A stretch of 63,928 nt of DNA, filler included, from Folioceros fuciformis (GCA_049999805.1; 5 parts of 5 records of this genome joined end to end with filler, not necessarily neighbours in it); one strand, 5' to 3'. Counted from the first letter of the whole stretch, positions 1 through 14,023 are shown. Program-made: numbers and translations. The notes: generated by a model not told the origin, from the sequence alone.

Positions 1-3000
1 TTGCCTTACATCCAAAGGACCAGTACTCTGTACGGATGAGTAAATGATGGACACATTTTTGTATGCGATTGTTAAATGGGACACGCCTGCCTGCATGGTG
101 CTGAAGTTGAACCCAAAGAAACTTGCAGCATAAATCAAAATTATAGGCTGAACATGGATTTCACGAGAAGAAACATCATTAACAGCTCCTGGAAAAGGGG
201 TGAGAGTTCCCGTTATTTTAAACAAAGGAACGTCGTCCGTAGTCACCCTTACTATGTTTCCATACATGTCCCGGTTAGTGACAAGTACTGATATGTTAGG
301 ACCTGCAAAGCTGTACATTATACTGGGACTAGTGAATGACATCTGTCTACAATCTATTTGCCCTGGTGCAACAGTCACTTGAGTTTGCAAAAAGTCATGT
401 TCCCAACCAAAGGATATGGCATAAATCCCAGCCCTCGTTGCGATGAACGACAGGCTGTATACACTCCCGAGCATGTTAGTCACTTCAACATCTGCATTGA
501 CATCGTCATGAGTAGCCCGTACAGTTACAAACTCTTGAACCAGGAGGCCATTGTCATCAAGACTGACATTATTGCCAAACTTGTCCATCAGCTGCAGCTG
601 GAAGGAGCCACTTTCTCCGGCAATAGCGTCCACGACATCACTCACTATGCAGTCTAGTGGAGAGACAGCGCCGGAAATGACAGATAGTTCAAAACCGGTA
701 AGGAAAGGCTCGTTGTCCAGCAAGACAGTCACCTGCAGCAAACGGAAAGGACTCCTTCAAGGACTTTCAGACAGGAAAATTGGGAGAAGGTCTATCCAAC
801 CTTCGAAGCTTCACTATCTGCCTCAGCGGAACGGTAAATGTTCACAAAAATGACAAGACCAGCGCACCAAACAAACGATATAGAAGTGGAATCTCAGTGC
901 CCCTTTTTTTCCTACAAACGAGCCAGTTAGAGCAGAGCACAGGTGTCACCTGGTATTCCTGGGCAATGGTGATTCCGATAATTATGCCCTCGAAGTGTTC
1001 ACCAACACCTAAAAGGCGGTAGGAAAAGTTGTAGCCCTTCTTGAATATGTTCAGGATGATTTGCTTTCCAGCTAGTTCACTGCTCCCAATCTTGTTGTCG
1101 TATGAGTCTGTGACATAAAGCTTGACCAAGGTTGCACTTCCCGCCGACACATTCCTACTTAGGGAAAGATATGAATTGGCTCCAAACGGATCAGACGGTT
1201 CGACAGTCAAAGAAACTCCCGATCCTAGTAAAGGGATCAGACCGAGAAACGATTCCTTTTCAAGCGTGAGTCGACCAAAATAGGCCTTCACAATGTACTG
1301 ACGCGCCAACCTTACATGAAATACTGCCGTATATCTCCCTGCAACTGGAGCTCCATTGGCATCCACAATTGGATTTATTTCTCCAAGCAAGGGATTTTCA
1401 TCAGTGTCGAAAAGCCCAACCATGAGCTTTTGTTCAAGGAGCCCATTACGAAACGAGCTGGCAGCTGGGTTACCTGAGCCGGCCAGAGACATCACAAGTG
1501 GGTGTTGCCATATCATATAGGATACAAATGCCGCTGAAATTGAAGTGACAACGCCACTTTGGAACACCCGTAGACGTCCTCCACAGGCATGAAAACAGGA
1601 AGATACAGGTACAAACTTTCAATGCCAAAGACTTTTATCAAGATTTACCATATGCGTCCACCAGCTCAACATCGTAAGAGACTGAGGTGCCCGCTTTCAC
1701 CGTAGAAGCATGAGCTATTATTGATGACTTGGATGTCAATGCCATTCCAGATATAACAGTCAGAGTATAAGGCATATTCATTATGGCTGTGTCTCCAAGC
1801 AAAACTGAAATAGAATATTTTCCAGGATAGGTGACGTTTATGCCAAAATCACAGTCAACAATAGCACGGGAAGTTGAACAGCGATCAGTAAACAGAACTA
1901 GAGAGGCATTGTTTGCTGCTGACATGAAGATGGTGAAGTTATTGATCACCTTATAAGATGCTTCAGAGCATCTGCAAGAAATATATCCACAACAAATGGA
2001 GACAGATCAGAAGTTATCCGGAAATTGGCTCACATATGGATCTTCAAAACCAGGTTTTGGTCCATGGCAATTACTGGTTTGTGCAACGCTGCTGTTCCAA
2101 GTAGGATTTTCACTAACCTAATGTTAAGCGTGTGTTTGCCCACCAGTACTACCGACGGAGACATCTCGTGGTCTGGTTCTAGGTTAAACTTGGCTGCATC
2201 CTCGGACTCATTCTGGAATGTGGTGAAGTTCCGCTGACCTTCTGTAATAGGTGATCCTTCCCCGGTTACGGATACGTAATAAGTCTGCACTCTGATCAGT
2301 GTGAACTGAACTGAATAGACTCCTAGACCAAGTGGCACTATTGTCGCTGGTCTTAGCAACGAAGAACCATATGAGCTTCTTATATCAACAGAGAAGGGAA
2401 TGGGATAAATCATAACAGTCTCGACCAGTCCATTTTCGTCTCGAGCTGTAATGTTGAAGCCCACCATCTTCCCCACAGGATAGATACTTTGGAATCTGTG
2501 AGAGGCATGACCACGTATTGGTGATTTCACTGGAAAACGAACCACAACCTGCGTCGGAGAGTCGAGAACAACAGGATGGAAGTTGTACCCGGAGATAAAA
2601 CAGCGTCTTGGTGAAAGCTTTCCTGCCACGTTAAACTTATATATCCTATTATTGATAAGTTGACATACCTCCTCCTCAGAGCATGAAAAGACACGAAAGG
2701 AATACGAGCCGATTGTCAACACAGAGATTGTTATTGCATAAGCGCCTCGGACAGAATCAATCGGAGCCGATGGGAAATACACATTCTGTGGAGAGACAAC
2801 TGCACGCAGCATAACACCTACGGCTGGGTGCTCCCCGTTGGTAGTGTTGGGAGCAAAAATAGTCAAACTTGCTCCTGAACCAGTGTCTCTCACGTCAACA
2901 ACGTAACCTTGCGTAGACTGCGTGCTGGAGGACTTGCACACACCAAAGTCTGCCGAGCTGATAGTGACCACGTAACACGACCAAAGCAGACCCACAAAAC

Positions 3001-3142
3001 ACAGATACACGGTGACGCCAGCCTTGGTGCTCCTTCCCGCTTCCTGAAAAAATGATGTCCACCACAACGTGTCAACCCGGGGAGACACCATGCGCCTAAC
3101 CCTCCGCAGCCTCCACCAAGTGCTCCAGCTCTTACCCTCCAT
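1..3142 (-). CDS. Spliced gene for a secreted/membrane protein with tandem filamin-type Ig-like repeats (GEX2-like); 3' end runs out of the window. Exons approx. 3142-2118, 1971-1649, 1473-950, 732-<1
   Basis: GT-AG introns at 2117-1972, 1648-1474 and 949-733 join ORFs in frame (e.g. D-A-Y-G|N-P; E-Y-Q|V-T-V). Last exon is open to position 1. Recurrent repeat motifs DENG, DAYGN, DPFG, DSYDN, DKFGN, DMYGN with beta-strand patterns and G-x-Y-x-I/V; N-terminal hydrophobic stretch VTVYLCFVGLLWSCYVVTISS. Start codon uncertain. Confidence 0.65.
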
Positions 3143-4167
3143 GCAAAAAAGCCCCCGTACCAGCCTAAAGCAACGGTTCCATCAAACAGAGAACAACCAC
3201 TCCCAGCTATCTAGTGCGACAACTTCTGCCTCCACCCTGAGTCCATCCGTCACCATTCAATGCATACCATGACGGGCAGCAAGTCACACTATCTTCTGGT
3301 GGCAAGACAAACTCCACCCCAACCGGTCGTCACACGCTTTGCGTTACGTAGCCACAGAGTAATAAACAAGGCCCAGAGTTTGATCCGACATCCTGGCATC
3401 AGGACATCACCACGTCCTGCACCATTCTGCGAACGCAGCCCACTCCAGATGCCGGAAACGCAGGGACCGGACAGAGCGACGAAAGAACACAAACTCCCTC
3501 TGCCCGCCAGCGCCAAGGGAGCACGCCACCACCTATGTTGGTTCACCAAACTGGAACCCATCCGTAGATTTCCCACAGGCAGGCTTCACCCGCCTGGTCC
3601 TCAAGACAGCATGTTGCCAGATGTGCAAGTTGCCGGATGTGCGCGTTTGGCTGCAAAATGAAGGATCAGGAACCCGTGTCTTGCAATAGCAAAAATACTC
3701 CATCTCCAAATCCGACTGCCACACCTTCTCGTCTGTGCACATCTACATATCACAGCCAAAGGCCCTTTCTCCACACCAACATCTCCCCCCCTACNNNNNN
3801 NNNNNNNNNNNNNNNNNNNNNNNNNNNNNNNNNNNNNNNNNNNNNNNNNNNNNNNNNNNNNNNNNNNNNNNNNNNNNNNNNNNNNNNNNNNNNNGACTCC
3901 CTCCGGAGACCAGCGTGCTACTCCGGGACATCATGCTCTCTGTGCATAAACGGGCTTGCTAACCATGCCATGGGTCAATAAACCTCAGGTTGAACCCAAC
4001 GAACCATGTATCAGTCAACCCAGGTTAAAGCGTGCCTACAGCAGGTGAGCAAATCCGAGATCGAAGATCCCGGTGTCCGGTTTCTCGTGGTGGGGCATCA
4101 CGTACTTTCAAGGAAACAAATATAACTAATCAAAATTTCTAATTTTACACTCCCGTTTAAAAATCTG

Positions 4168-4558
4168 ACAAGTCAGCTGATATGATAAAATAAATTGTAT
4201 GTTTTCTCACTATCATCCTTTTGAGTTCTATATGCAGCCGTCTACTCTTTGGCCAATAGGGTTGGCCACCCAAGGGAGACCTTGCTTCCTTCATCAAAGG
4301 TTGTGAAGTCGTTTCTCCAGAAAGTGAGCACAAGGACACGGCTGACCTGATCTCATCCAATTGCAGATTGTAGCGGAATATCCTATTCACGACGAACGTT
4401 CACCAACACAGCAGCCCATTGCAAAATCCAACAGGTCAGCTTATATGATAAAATAAATTGTATGTTTTCTCTCGATCATCCTTTTGAGTTCTATGTGCAG
4501 CCGTTTACTCTTTGGCCAATAGTGTTGGCCACCCAAGGGAGACCTTGCTTTCTTCATC
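4168..4558 (+). repeat. ~128-bp direct duplication (4168-4296 / 4431-4558), with a degenerate partial third copy near 5568-5642
   Basis: Shared 'atatgataaaataaattgtatgttttctc...tactctttggccaatag.gttggccacccaagggagaccttgct' with few substitutions. Confidence 0.85.
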
Positions 4559-4957
4559 TAGGGGGTAGGGGGGAAGATATCTAAGAAAACAAGATGTGGT
4601 CAAAATTGAAAGTTTTTTTAATAAATAGAACCTTTTTTAAATGAGTATACTACAAACAATATGGGAGTTAGTTGCCTAGTTTCCTTGGTAAGAGCTTTCC
4701 TTGACACAGTATCACCCAAAAAAGTAGTTGCGTTGGAGTGATAACATGAGTCCAATTTCATACTCCATCAAACATGAAGAGAATGCTTTTCTCTTTTAAC
4801 TTTTAGTCTTTCTCTCACCTATAGGTCTCATACGCGTCATAGCTAACATAATGTTAATTTTCATCTCTGCAACTTGACTGTTTTTTACTTACAAACATTA
4901 AGAATAATAATAATAATAATAAATACCATTGTAACACCGGCCAATTAGAATAACACA

Positions 4958-5188
4958 TGTTGTCTCTTACACTACGACATTGAAGTTGTCTCTCACACTT
5001 TAAGACTGAAGTTGTCTCTTACGCTTTGAGAGTCAAGTTGTCTTTTACCCTTTGAGGCTGAAGTTTGTCTCTAATACTTTTTGACTAAAGTTATTTCTCA
5101 CACTTTGAGATTAAAGTTATCTCTCACTTTGTCACTCAAGTTATCTCCCATACTTTGAGATTGAATTTTTCCCTCACACTTTGAGACA
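4958..5188 (+). repeat. Minisatellite, ~26-bp unit, about 9 degenerate copies
   Basis: Unit consensus about GTTGTCTCTCACACTTTGAGACTGAA repeated in tandem. Confidence 0.8.
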
Positions 5189-5649
5189 CCAAAAGTATGA
5201 GACTATTAATAATAGGTTCTATTTCCTTATGCTCTTGATTCACATGTCATGTTACAATGAGTTGGGTATTGTTCTAAGGCTAAACCTAAGCCGAACATTT
5301 CAAGATGCAAAATCCGCTAAAGGTTTTCACTACTTGTTTATGGTTTAGATTAGGAGAACAACATGTTTTGTCATTCTCTCCTCAACTACTAGCTCTAGAT
5401 GCAAAAGATATGATGTATAATTGAAGGGATTTAAGCCATCAGTTGATTTTAATACAAACACTTCAAGTAATTAATAATATAGATCATAATTATAATATTA
5501 TATATCAAGTATAATAAGAAAAATAAATATTTATGTTTCTTAATGTTTTCACAAGATATCTTAGAATTCGAGTTCTATACACACAAGTACAAGTCATCTA
5601 CTCTTTGGCCGATGGGTATGGCTATGGAACTTGAGACCTTCCCTCTTTA

Positions 5650-8600
5650 TGTGGCAAGGTTAATGACACACACGCAACGATGGCCAGTCCGCGTGTGAAG
5701 CCACCGGGAATGAAGCTGCCTCCAACCATAGCCGGATGAGATAGTGGGAACCGATCCAGAAGGTAGCTTGAGTGACTTTGTAACGTGACAGATAGCCGGT
5801 GAAGGATAGCTGTTAGATAAAACGTGATTAGATATTTTAAAACCTAGATTAACAAGTAACTAGACAAGGATAAGTACATAGCTTAGGAAATAACTTTAAC
5901 TTCAACGGACAGTTAACGGTCCAGCAACCAAGGCTGTTGAACAGGGGACACCAGCTTCTTGGGTTGTCCCCGTCTCCTGTATATGTATCTAAATTCTTAG
6001 CAATGAAAAGCGTCCAATCTCCAAAGCGCTGCTTATACGGTTGTAGCATTCGTGGTATCAGAGCCACTGTCCTACGAATCTCGGGTCCAGGACCCCGAAT
6101 GTGGGATCGACGGACAAGATCGCCATGGCTAGGCTAAATCGTGTGATCGGAAGGAGGCCCCAACGATCATGGGGCAATAGGCGTAGCGAAGGGGACCAAT
6201 CCCGACCAAGATTGTAGTGCCAAGGGCTCCTAGGCTAGCACCCAGGCTGATTGTGTTGGAGGATGCGAGCGCAACCTTCAGCGCCACCAGACCAACCTCG
6301 CTGGGCAGGATTGAAAGCGCCTATAGCTGGGTAATCTGGGACAATCCACAACCAGACGGTTATCTGCAGCCTCAAGAGAGGGAACACCTGCAATCGGTGC
6401 GCAGGCCAGCCAACAACATGAGCGACTACATCGTCCCTTCGGAAGTGGACCGGCGAATCTCTAGTGGGAGTGAGGAAGACCACCCCCTTGAGGGAATTGG
6501 GGACAGGGTTTGCCGATGAGCACGCCATCTCACCAGCAACTCCCTTCATGGGTGCCTCGCTCCCATCCAGGCACGAGCCGAGGAGCCCGCTGAGACGGAG
6601 GGCACGAGGAGGCGATGTCGAGAGCTCCTACACATTCTCCAAGCCCAGCTGGAAGCGGAGGTTCACCCAGCGGAATGGATAGCCGAACCCGAGCCTGCGG
6701 TTGTGCTTGCCGAATACTGCTCCAAACCTGGACTGCGAAGGCGGGGGCGACCACGGAAACGGGGTGGAATTAACCTGAACGGTATACCAACACCTGCACC
6801 CACAGGAGGTCAAGACCCACCAGAGGGGGAGTTAGCCAGAGACTTAGCTCTTCAGCAGTTCGAAGGGAAGACCCACGGGGTGGAGCGGACCTGTGAGGAG
6901 TTGCGCAACTCTTTCTCATGTCAAAGCCAGCAACTGGAGAAGGTTGAGGAGTCCATCAGCAAACTCGAAGCCCAAGTGGGGGAGGGGCAGGCCCGACTGG
7001 GGAGGCAGCTAGAGGGTGTGCTCCAGATGCTGGAGCAGTCANNNNNNNNNNNNNNNNNNNNNNNNNNNNNNNNNNNNNNNNNNNNNNNNNNNNNNNNNNN
7101 NNNNNNNNNNNNNNNNNNNNNNNNNNNNNNNNNNNNNNNNNACCCCCTAAGGCCCCTACCACCCTCACCCTGCCACAAGACTTCCAGGCCCACAGAGTCA
7201 GCTGAGGGCATGCACCACTCGACCCCTTTGTCCATAGTGGCACCCCTGGGCCAAGCTTCAGAGGGTAGAAGGGAAGCAAGGGCCACGCCAGCAGTTCCCA
7301 GCAACCGTGACTTGAGCACAATAGGCGACGAGCTAAAGAAACTTGTCGTGGAACTCCTATTTGGCGAGAAGGACAACAAGGACATCAAGGCCATGGTCAT
7401 AAGATCGCTACAGGAGCTACATGGTGAAGGAGGAGAGGAGGAGACAAGGAGGAGAGGAGGAGACAAGGAGGAGAGGAGAAAGAGAGGTCACAATGAGTCG
7501 GTGAAGGAGGAGAGGAGGAGACAAGGAGGAGAGGAGAAAGAGAGGTCACACTCTCACAATGAGTCTCAATATGCAAGGGAGCTCAAGGGGGTATTTATAC
7601 CCTCTAGAAGAGCTCCCTAGGAAGCTTCACAAGAAGCGCACAGGAAGCTGCGCAAGAAGCTTCCTACGGATTAGCTTAAGCTAATCTAAACTAATGATAC
7701 TTAACTAGACACTAATCTTATAGTAAACACATTAGTCTAAGCACATTGGGCTTTAATAACCCTACAATGGTGAGGCGTTTACAGCTGATGAGGTACGAGC
7801 ACTAGGAGAACCAATGGGGGAAATCAAGTGGGGAGGTGCAAGAGGGTGAGGAGTACCAATTCAAACCCAGGCCCCAGCTTGACAAAGAACTCCACCGCAA
7901 AATCAAGACGACCACCTTTGACGGAGGAGCCAAGGATGCTCAAAGCGTCCATGACTGGTTAGACAAGATTGATAAATACCTTGCTGCTTCTGAAAAAGAT
8001 GACTTGCAGAAGATCCAGTTTTGTGTCATGTTGCTGGAGGGGTACGCTTACTGATGGTGGCGCCAACGGGAGAAGCAAGTCGACCTCGGCATGGAGTCCC
8101 CAGTTTACTCTTGGCCAGCCTTCCAACAGATCTTTCTTGAACAGTTCCTGCCAGTGAACCACTGCAAGGACCTGTATCAGCAATTCAGGAAGATTTTCCA
8201 ACAAGGCACTATTCAAGAGTACTGTGACAAGTTCTTACAACTTACACAAGACATGCCCAGGTTGGATGAGGAACAGAAGATCGAGAAGTTCATAGATGGG
8301 TTGAAGTTCGAGATGAGGGCAGATGGAAATCAAACAAACCCAACAACCCTGGTGGAGGCCATGAAGGCGGCCATCAACTATGGCACCAACAAGTATAAGC
8401 ATCTCTCCTCGACAACCCCTCCCAAGCCCAAGTGGAGCAAGTCTGCCAACGCATTAGAAAAGAAGCCAACCTTCAAAATTCTCACGGAAGAAGAGAATGA
8501 GGATTACAAGAAGGCCTGAAAATGCTTGACTTGCACAGCGTCCGATCATGGCTCCAAGTCTTGCCCTTTCAGGAAGGACTTCATAAATTGGTTGAAGGAG

Positions 8601-8831
8601 ATAGGCAAGTCCACCAGGAGCGGCACCTCCTCAGCCCCTGTCAAGAGTGGACACGCCATAGCCAACATAGAGGTTAGTGAACCCACACTAGCAGCTGCCA
8701 TCTTCGATCAAGCATGCAAACCCGGTTTAGTCGCTGGTGCCAGGTGGCTCACGTACCTATCAAACTCAAGGTAGCTTTAGCAGGAGTTCGTGCCACATGG
8801 TTGCTTCATTCTGGGGCCAGTCACCACTATG
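5650..8831 (+). mobile_element. Degenerate Ty3/gypsy retrotransposon, 5' part (LTR ending ~6048, tRNA-iMet PBS, gag, start of protease); interrupted by a solo LTR and cut by a copia element
   Basis: PBS TGGTATCAGAGCC at 6053-6065 after ...GTAGCA. Gag-like text DWLDKIDKYL...LLEGYAY*WW, QQGTIQEYCDKF; knuckle C-x2-C-x4-H-x4-C (CLTCTASDHGSKSC) at ~8523; protease-like WLLHSGASHHYV at ~8798-8832. In-frame stops. LTR start is approximate. Confidence 0.75.
7425..7766. mobile_element. Solo LTR (342 bp) inserted in gypsy gag
   Basis: TGAAGG...CCTACA termini flanked by ATGG (7421-7424 and 7767-7770). Removing it restores the frame ...QELHGEAFTADEVRALGEPMGEIKWEVQEG... Confidence 0.8.
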
Positions 8832-9394
8832 TGTCAAAGGTCTATCAATCAAGAAAATTGGTCAAGTTTCCACAGTAGTAATGGCCCTAGGTGAGAAGGA
8901 GACTAGTAGAGAATAGTGGATGGAAGCAGAACTTAGTTAGAAATGCTAATGCGGAAGAAGATGCACCGAAGATGATCTATTAGCAAGTGAATAGGTGGAT
9001 ACAAGGGTAGGCGTTAAATAGCGGTAGCGAAGGGGTGTGTCCTTTAACTAGCCTGTCAATTAACTAACTACACTTATAACTAGGTCTAGTTTGACTAACC
9101 AACGTGATACAGAACCACGTGGTCTGCCTTATATTCTAACTCTCCCTCTCAGACACGTGCTGGTTGCTGTGAACTGAGAGCTCCTATGTACAAACGGAGA
9201 TCACCGCCGTTGACGCCAAGCTTCAAACATCTTCAAATCGGCTGTCACCAAGAGTCGGTCGTCCTCACTCTTGCAGAGTCTGTAGTCTACATAAACTCTC
9301 AAAGTAGAACACCACTCCAGAGACCAGAAGAGAAGCATGTTATCTGGTCTGAAACATCAACCCAAGTGACGGAATAAAGGTGTAGTGTAAGGTC

Positions 9395-12300
9395 CTACCA
9401 TATGAGTGACTTATCTAGTGTCATGTAAGTACTACAATCCACCAACCCAAGCCCTTCTCGGTGGTAAGAGTGTTTAAAATTGGGCAAGGACTTGGTAAGT
9501 ACATCTGCTGTGTTGTCGTCAGTAGGTATATACTGAACCTTGACGATACCTCGCTCAGCAGCATCCCTTATATAGTGATGTTGTATCTCTATATGTTTGG
9601 TGCGTGCATGAAAGACGGGGTTAGCAACCAAAGCAATCGCGGACATGTTATCACAATGCAAGATAGTTGGCCCTTCTTGCTTCATACCCAAGTCTTCGCA
9701 AAGCTTCCTTTCCCATTCAGCCTCCTTTGTAGCTTCGGTAAGAGCCTTATACTCTCATTCTGTTGAAGATAAAGAGATGGCTGCTTGTTTTCTACAAGAC
9801 CAGTTAACTACGGAGGAGCTGGCTAGGAGACAAAAGGCTGATATGCTTTTGCGGGTATCAGCGTCTGAAGCCCAATCTGCATCTACATAGCAGGTGAGTT
9901 GGAGACGCTTCTTTCCGCTGGGTTTATAGCAAAGACCATAATTGGGGGTACCCTTGAGGTACCTCATGATACGCTTGAGGGCTACCCAGTGAACCTTTCC
10001 TGGGTTCTCAGAAAACTGAGCAACTGCATTTACAGTGTTGGAGATATCAGGCCTTGTTTGATTACTCAAGAACATAAGAGTACCTACGGCCATACGATAA
10101 GGGATATTCTCCATCTCTTTCTTGTCTTCTTCAGACTGTGGACATGAAGCAGAAGAGAGCTTAACACCAAAGGCACCAGGTGTGGTAGACGCCCTTGCAT
10201 TCTCCATGTTAAAACGTTTGAGCATACCGGCTACATATCTACCCTGGTGTACGTAAATAGCGCCTGTGCTATCTCTATGTACATGCATGCCAAGGATATA
10301 CTTGACCTTTCCTAGGTCCTTCATTTCGAATTCCCTGCTGAGGTCAGCCTTAATCTTGTTGACTAAGTCTACGTTGTTCCCTGGAATGACCAGGTCATCA
10401 ACATAGAGGGCGACTAGAACAAGTGAGCTATCCTTGCGCAACACATAGATATTAGTATCAGCTTCGCTTTGGACAAATCCTATTTTCTTAAGGTAAGAGT
10501 CCATCCTCTCATACCACAAGCGTGGGCTCTGCTTGAGTCCATAGATAGAGCGGTTGAGTTTACACACCTTGTGTGGGCATGCCTTGTCTTCGTAGCCCTC
10601 AGGTTGATCCATGTAAATCTCTTCCTGTAGATGACCATAGAGAAAGGCCGTGCACACATCTAGCTGATAAATTTCTAAGTTTAGTTCAGCACATAATGCA
10701 AGGAGCATCCTCACGGATGCAGCTTTAACTACGGGTGAGTAAACCTTATCGCCTTGATAATCAACTCCCTCTTTTTGACTATACCCCTTAGCCACTAATC
10801 TCGCTTTGTAGCGGATTCTAGGCTCAACTTCCTGGAACTTTGTCTTAAGAACCCATTTGCATTTGACGGTCGATCTACCCTTGGGCAAGCTAACAAGAGA
10901 CCAGGTATTGTTTTTGATTAATGAGTTATACTCATCATCGACGGCCAGCTTCCATTTAGCTGCCTCAGGTCTTGAGTAAGCCTCCTGTAAGGTTAAAGGA
11001 TCTCCCTCTGCAGTAGCAACACTTAAGGCATAGGGGAAATCCATAGAATCACCATAGGTTAGATGAGCTTGATTAAACTCAATGTCAAATGGTAGGTCCT
11101 TCCAAAGATGTCTAGGCTGACGCACACGAGTAGGATATCTACGCTCGGGAGCAGCTGGTGGCCTAGGAGGGGATGAAGGAGTGGCGAGTGCTGGAATAAC
11201 TTCATGGGGCACCACGTGATCATAATGAACATGTTCAACATCACCTTGTTCCATAGGAAGGTCCTCCACTACAGCGTCGTGGTATATCTCCATGTCCCCC
11301 TCTCGAGCAGGAACTAATGGCGCAGGAGCAGGCTGCATGTAAGGAACATGACCAGCAGCTGGCGGCAGTGGTCCTGCTAGAGGGATAGGAGCCACAGGAG
11401 GAGTAGGAGGAACACCATCAACGGGAAAGGAAAAGGGTTGAACATGGTGGTCAAGAGTGAGGTCACCAAGGGAGCGTGGAGTGCCGGAGCCAGAGGAAGC
11501 ACCATCGGGGATGCCAGGAGCAATCTCCAAGGATGTCCGGAGGGCAGGCACTATCTTGGCTTCATCAAAGGTGCCTGTGCGCGCATAGATTAGATTCCGA
11601 GTGGCCTTGTCCACGAGCTTGTAGGCTTTGCGATCATCACCATAGCCGACAAAAACTAGCTTCCGAGCACGAGCATCAAGCTTGTCACGGTGCTGTGAAG
11701 GGACAAAGGCATAGGCAGGGCAACCAAAAACACGAAGATGTGAGAGTAGAGGCTTGCTCCCGTGCCAGCACTCGTAGGGTGTACGGCCTGAAACCGCCTT
11801 AGTAAGGACCCTATTCTTAATGTATGCCGCCGTAGACACAGCCTCAGCCCAATAGGACTTGGGCAGCTGAGACTGAGTCAGCATGGCACGAGCCATGGAC
11901 ATCAAATCGCCGTTAGCCTTCTCGGCCACGCCATTCTGCTTGGAGGTGTAAGGTACAGTGAACTGGCGCAAGACACCACGCTCCTCGCAGAAGGCACGAA
12001 ACTGAGGGTTGTTGAGCTCTCCCGCATTGTCGGATCGAATACATCGAAGTTTACGACCAGTCTGTAACTCGGCCATAGCAACAAAGGGTGAGAACACATT
12101 AAAAGAGTCACTCTTAAGGCGGATGGGAAACGCAAACGTATATCGACTGAAGTCATCAACGACAGTCATAAAGTGGTTAGCCCCACCTAAAGACGCAACA
12201 GGGAGAGGACCACAGAGGTCTACGTGGACCAAGTCAAGAGGCGCAGTGGTCCGACTAGCAGGAAGAGAAGGATAAGGAGAACTTCGCTGTTTAGCAAGCA

Positions 12301-14023
12301 CACAAGCCTCGCAAAGAGGAGGTGTTGACGAAATTCGGGGAAGCTTATCATGATACAAGTCCTGCTGAGTCGTGGCCAGGAGCCGGGCTGGATTAAGATG
12401 TCCAAGCCGACAATGCCAAAGGAGAGCGTCACCTGGGTGGGATCTCCTTGAAGGCTGGTCTCCATGTGAGGGAACCGCCAGGGAAGTAGCTGCCGGAAGC
12501 ACGGGCTGACCTGTGAAAACATACAAGTCATGACGCGGACGTCCTCTAGCAACAACCACACGAGGGTTAGAAGACCGATATAGAAGACAATCGCCTGAAC
12601 CAAACTCTAGGCGAAAGGAGCCGTCCTTGACAAGCTGTCGAACAGAGATGAGATTCTTGGCCATCTGGGGAACATGTAACACATCAGTAAGCATCATGTG
12701 GGATCCATCAGCCAGAGTGAAGGCGACGGAGCCAATCCCCGCAATGGAGAGGCCAGAATCATCTCCAAGAAGTACGAAGCGCTGAGTGTCAGCAGCCGCC
12801 TCATACGTGGTAAACATGGTCTTGTGACTACAGATGTGCGTGGACGCAGCAGAATCAAGCAGCCAGGACTGCCTGTACTCAAATGCCACAAGACACATGG
12901 TGAGAGCAATTCCAGGTTGAGAAGGATTCTTGGCCTTAGTCGAGACAGTAGCCGAGTTGGCAGTACGAGGCTCTCGCTTGGCCTCACCAGCTTGCTTCTT
13001 CCTGCACTCCCTTTCCCAATGACCGGGCGTTTGGCACCAATTGCACGTGCCTTGTCGCTTCGTGGTCTTGGAAGAGGAGCCAGCCGAGGGAGCAGGCTTG
13101 TCGGAACCTTGTGAATTGTTCCTGTGTTTAGGTTTTGTAGAATTCTTACGCTGTTGTTGACGTCCTTTGGCGACGAACATGACCCGGTCTCCTCCGTGTT
13201 TTGAAGTCCCGACATTGAACCTGGCAGCCTCCTCTTGAAGGAGAGCTCCAGCTATCTCGGACACGGTGATGTTGGGTACCATACCCGACTGCACAGCCTG
13301 ATGTGCATTTCTCACCGTTTGGTTTTGTGAGGAGACAAAGGTCTGGTAGCTAGCAGGGAGGCTAGCCAATAACTGAACAGCCGCTTCAAATTCTGTGATG
13401 GTTGTGCCTAGAGCAGCAAGCTGAGCCCGTAGATATCTAAACTTGCTAACGTGTTGAGCAACGCTATCATTATGACCCATACGCAGAGAGTAAAACTCTA
13501 GACGTACTGTGACCAACGTCATAACGTTAGTAGATTGATAGATATCAGTGATTTGCTTCCAAGCTTCTGCTGATGTGGACGCACCATCCGTGTGGTGTAA
13601 TGTAACCTCGTCAAGGCCAGAGATCAACATCTGCATGGCTTGACGATCTTGACGAACCCAAGCGTCAAGGGCAACCGGATTACCGATGGGCTTGGGAAAA
13701 GTTCCTTCAACAATTGGGAGAAGATCCCTTGTGTTGAGGGCAGTCTTCATGCGCTTAGACCACACTTCAAACTTCGTGCCGTTAAATCTATCCTTTTCCT
13801 TAAAATCAGTGTTGATGTTAACGATATTGAAGTAAGGTTGGAGGCCTACTGTTGGTTGAGGTGGAATAGGGCCGGCTGGACCGCTAGGAGGTGAGGTGGG
13901 TGGTGGACTGCCCATCGGCACGCCCAAAGGTGGTGACGGGGGTCTGGATCCTTGCCGTGATGGTGACCCAAAGGGCCCCGCACCTGGACCAAACCCGGAC
14001 CCGGAGCTAGAAGCGCCTGCCAT
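9395..14023 (-). CDS. Ty1/copia Gag-Pol polyprotein (gag, CCHC, protease, GAG-pre-integrase, integrase, RT, RNase H) with one in-frame TGA at 9755-9757
   Basis: CNWCQTPGHWEREC; WLLDSAAS; LWHCRLGH...CEAC; VHVDLCGP, RSDNAGE, QNGVAE; KARLVAKG, LYVDD; DADWA, STE*EY, CDN, RTKHI, ADVLTK, in copia domain order. Confidence 0.95.

Noticed and set aside
4958-5188. CRISPR-like or CACTA subterminal array
   Set aside because: Degenerate tandem units without unique spacers; CACTA lies within a unit; eukaryotic context, no cas genes.
9755-9757. Stop codon repaired by U-to-C RNA editing
   Set aside because: Such editing is organellar and would give Arg, not the expected Ser/Ala.
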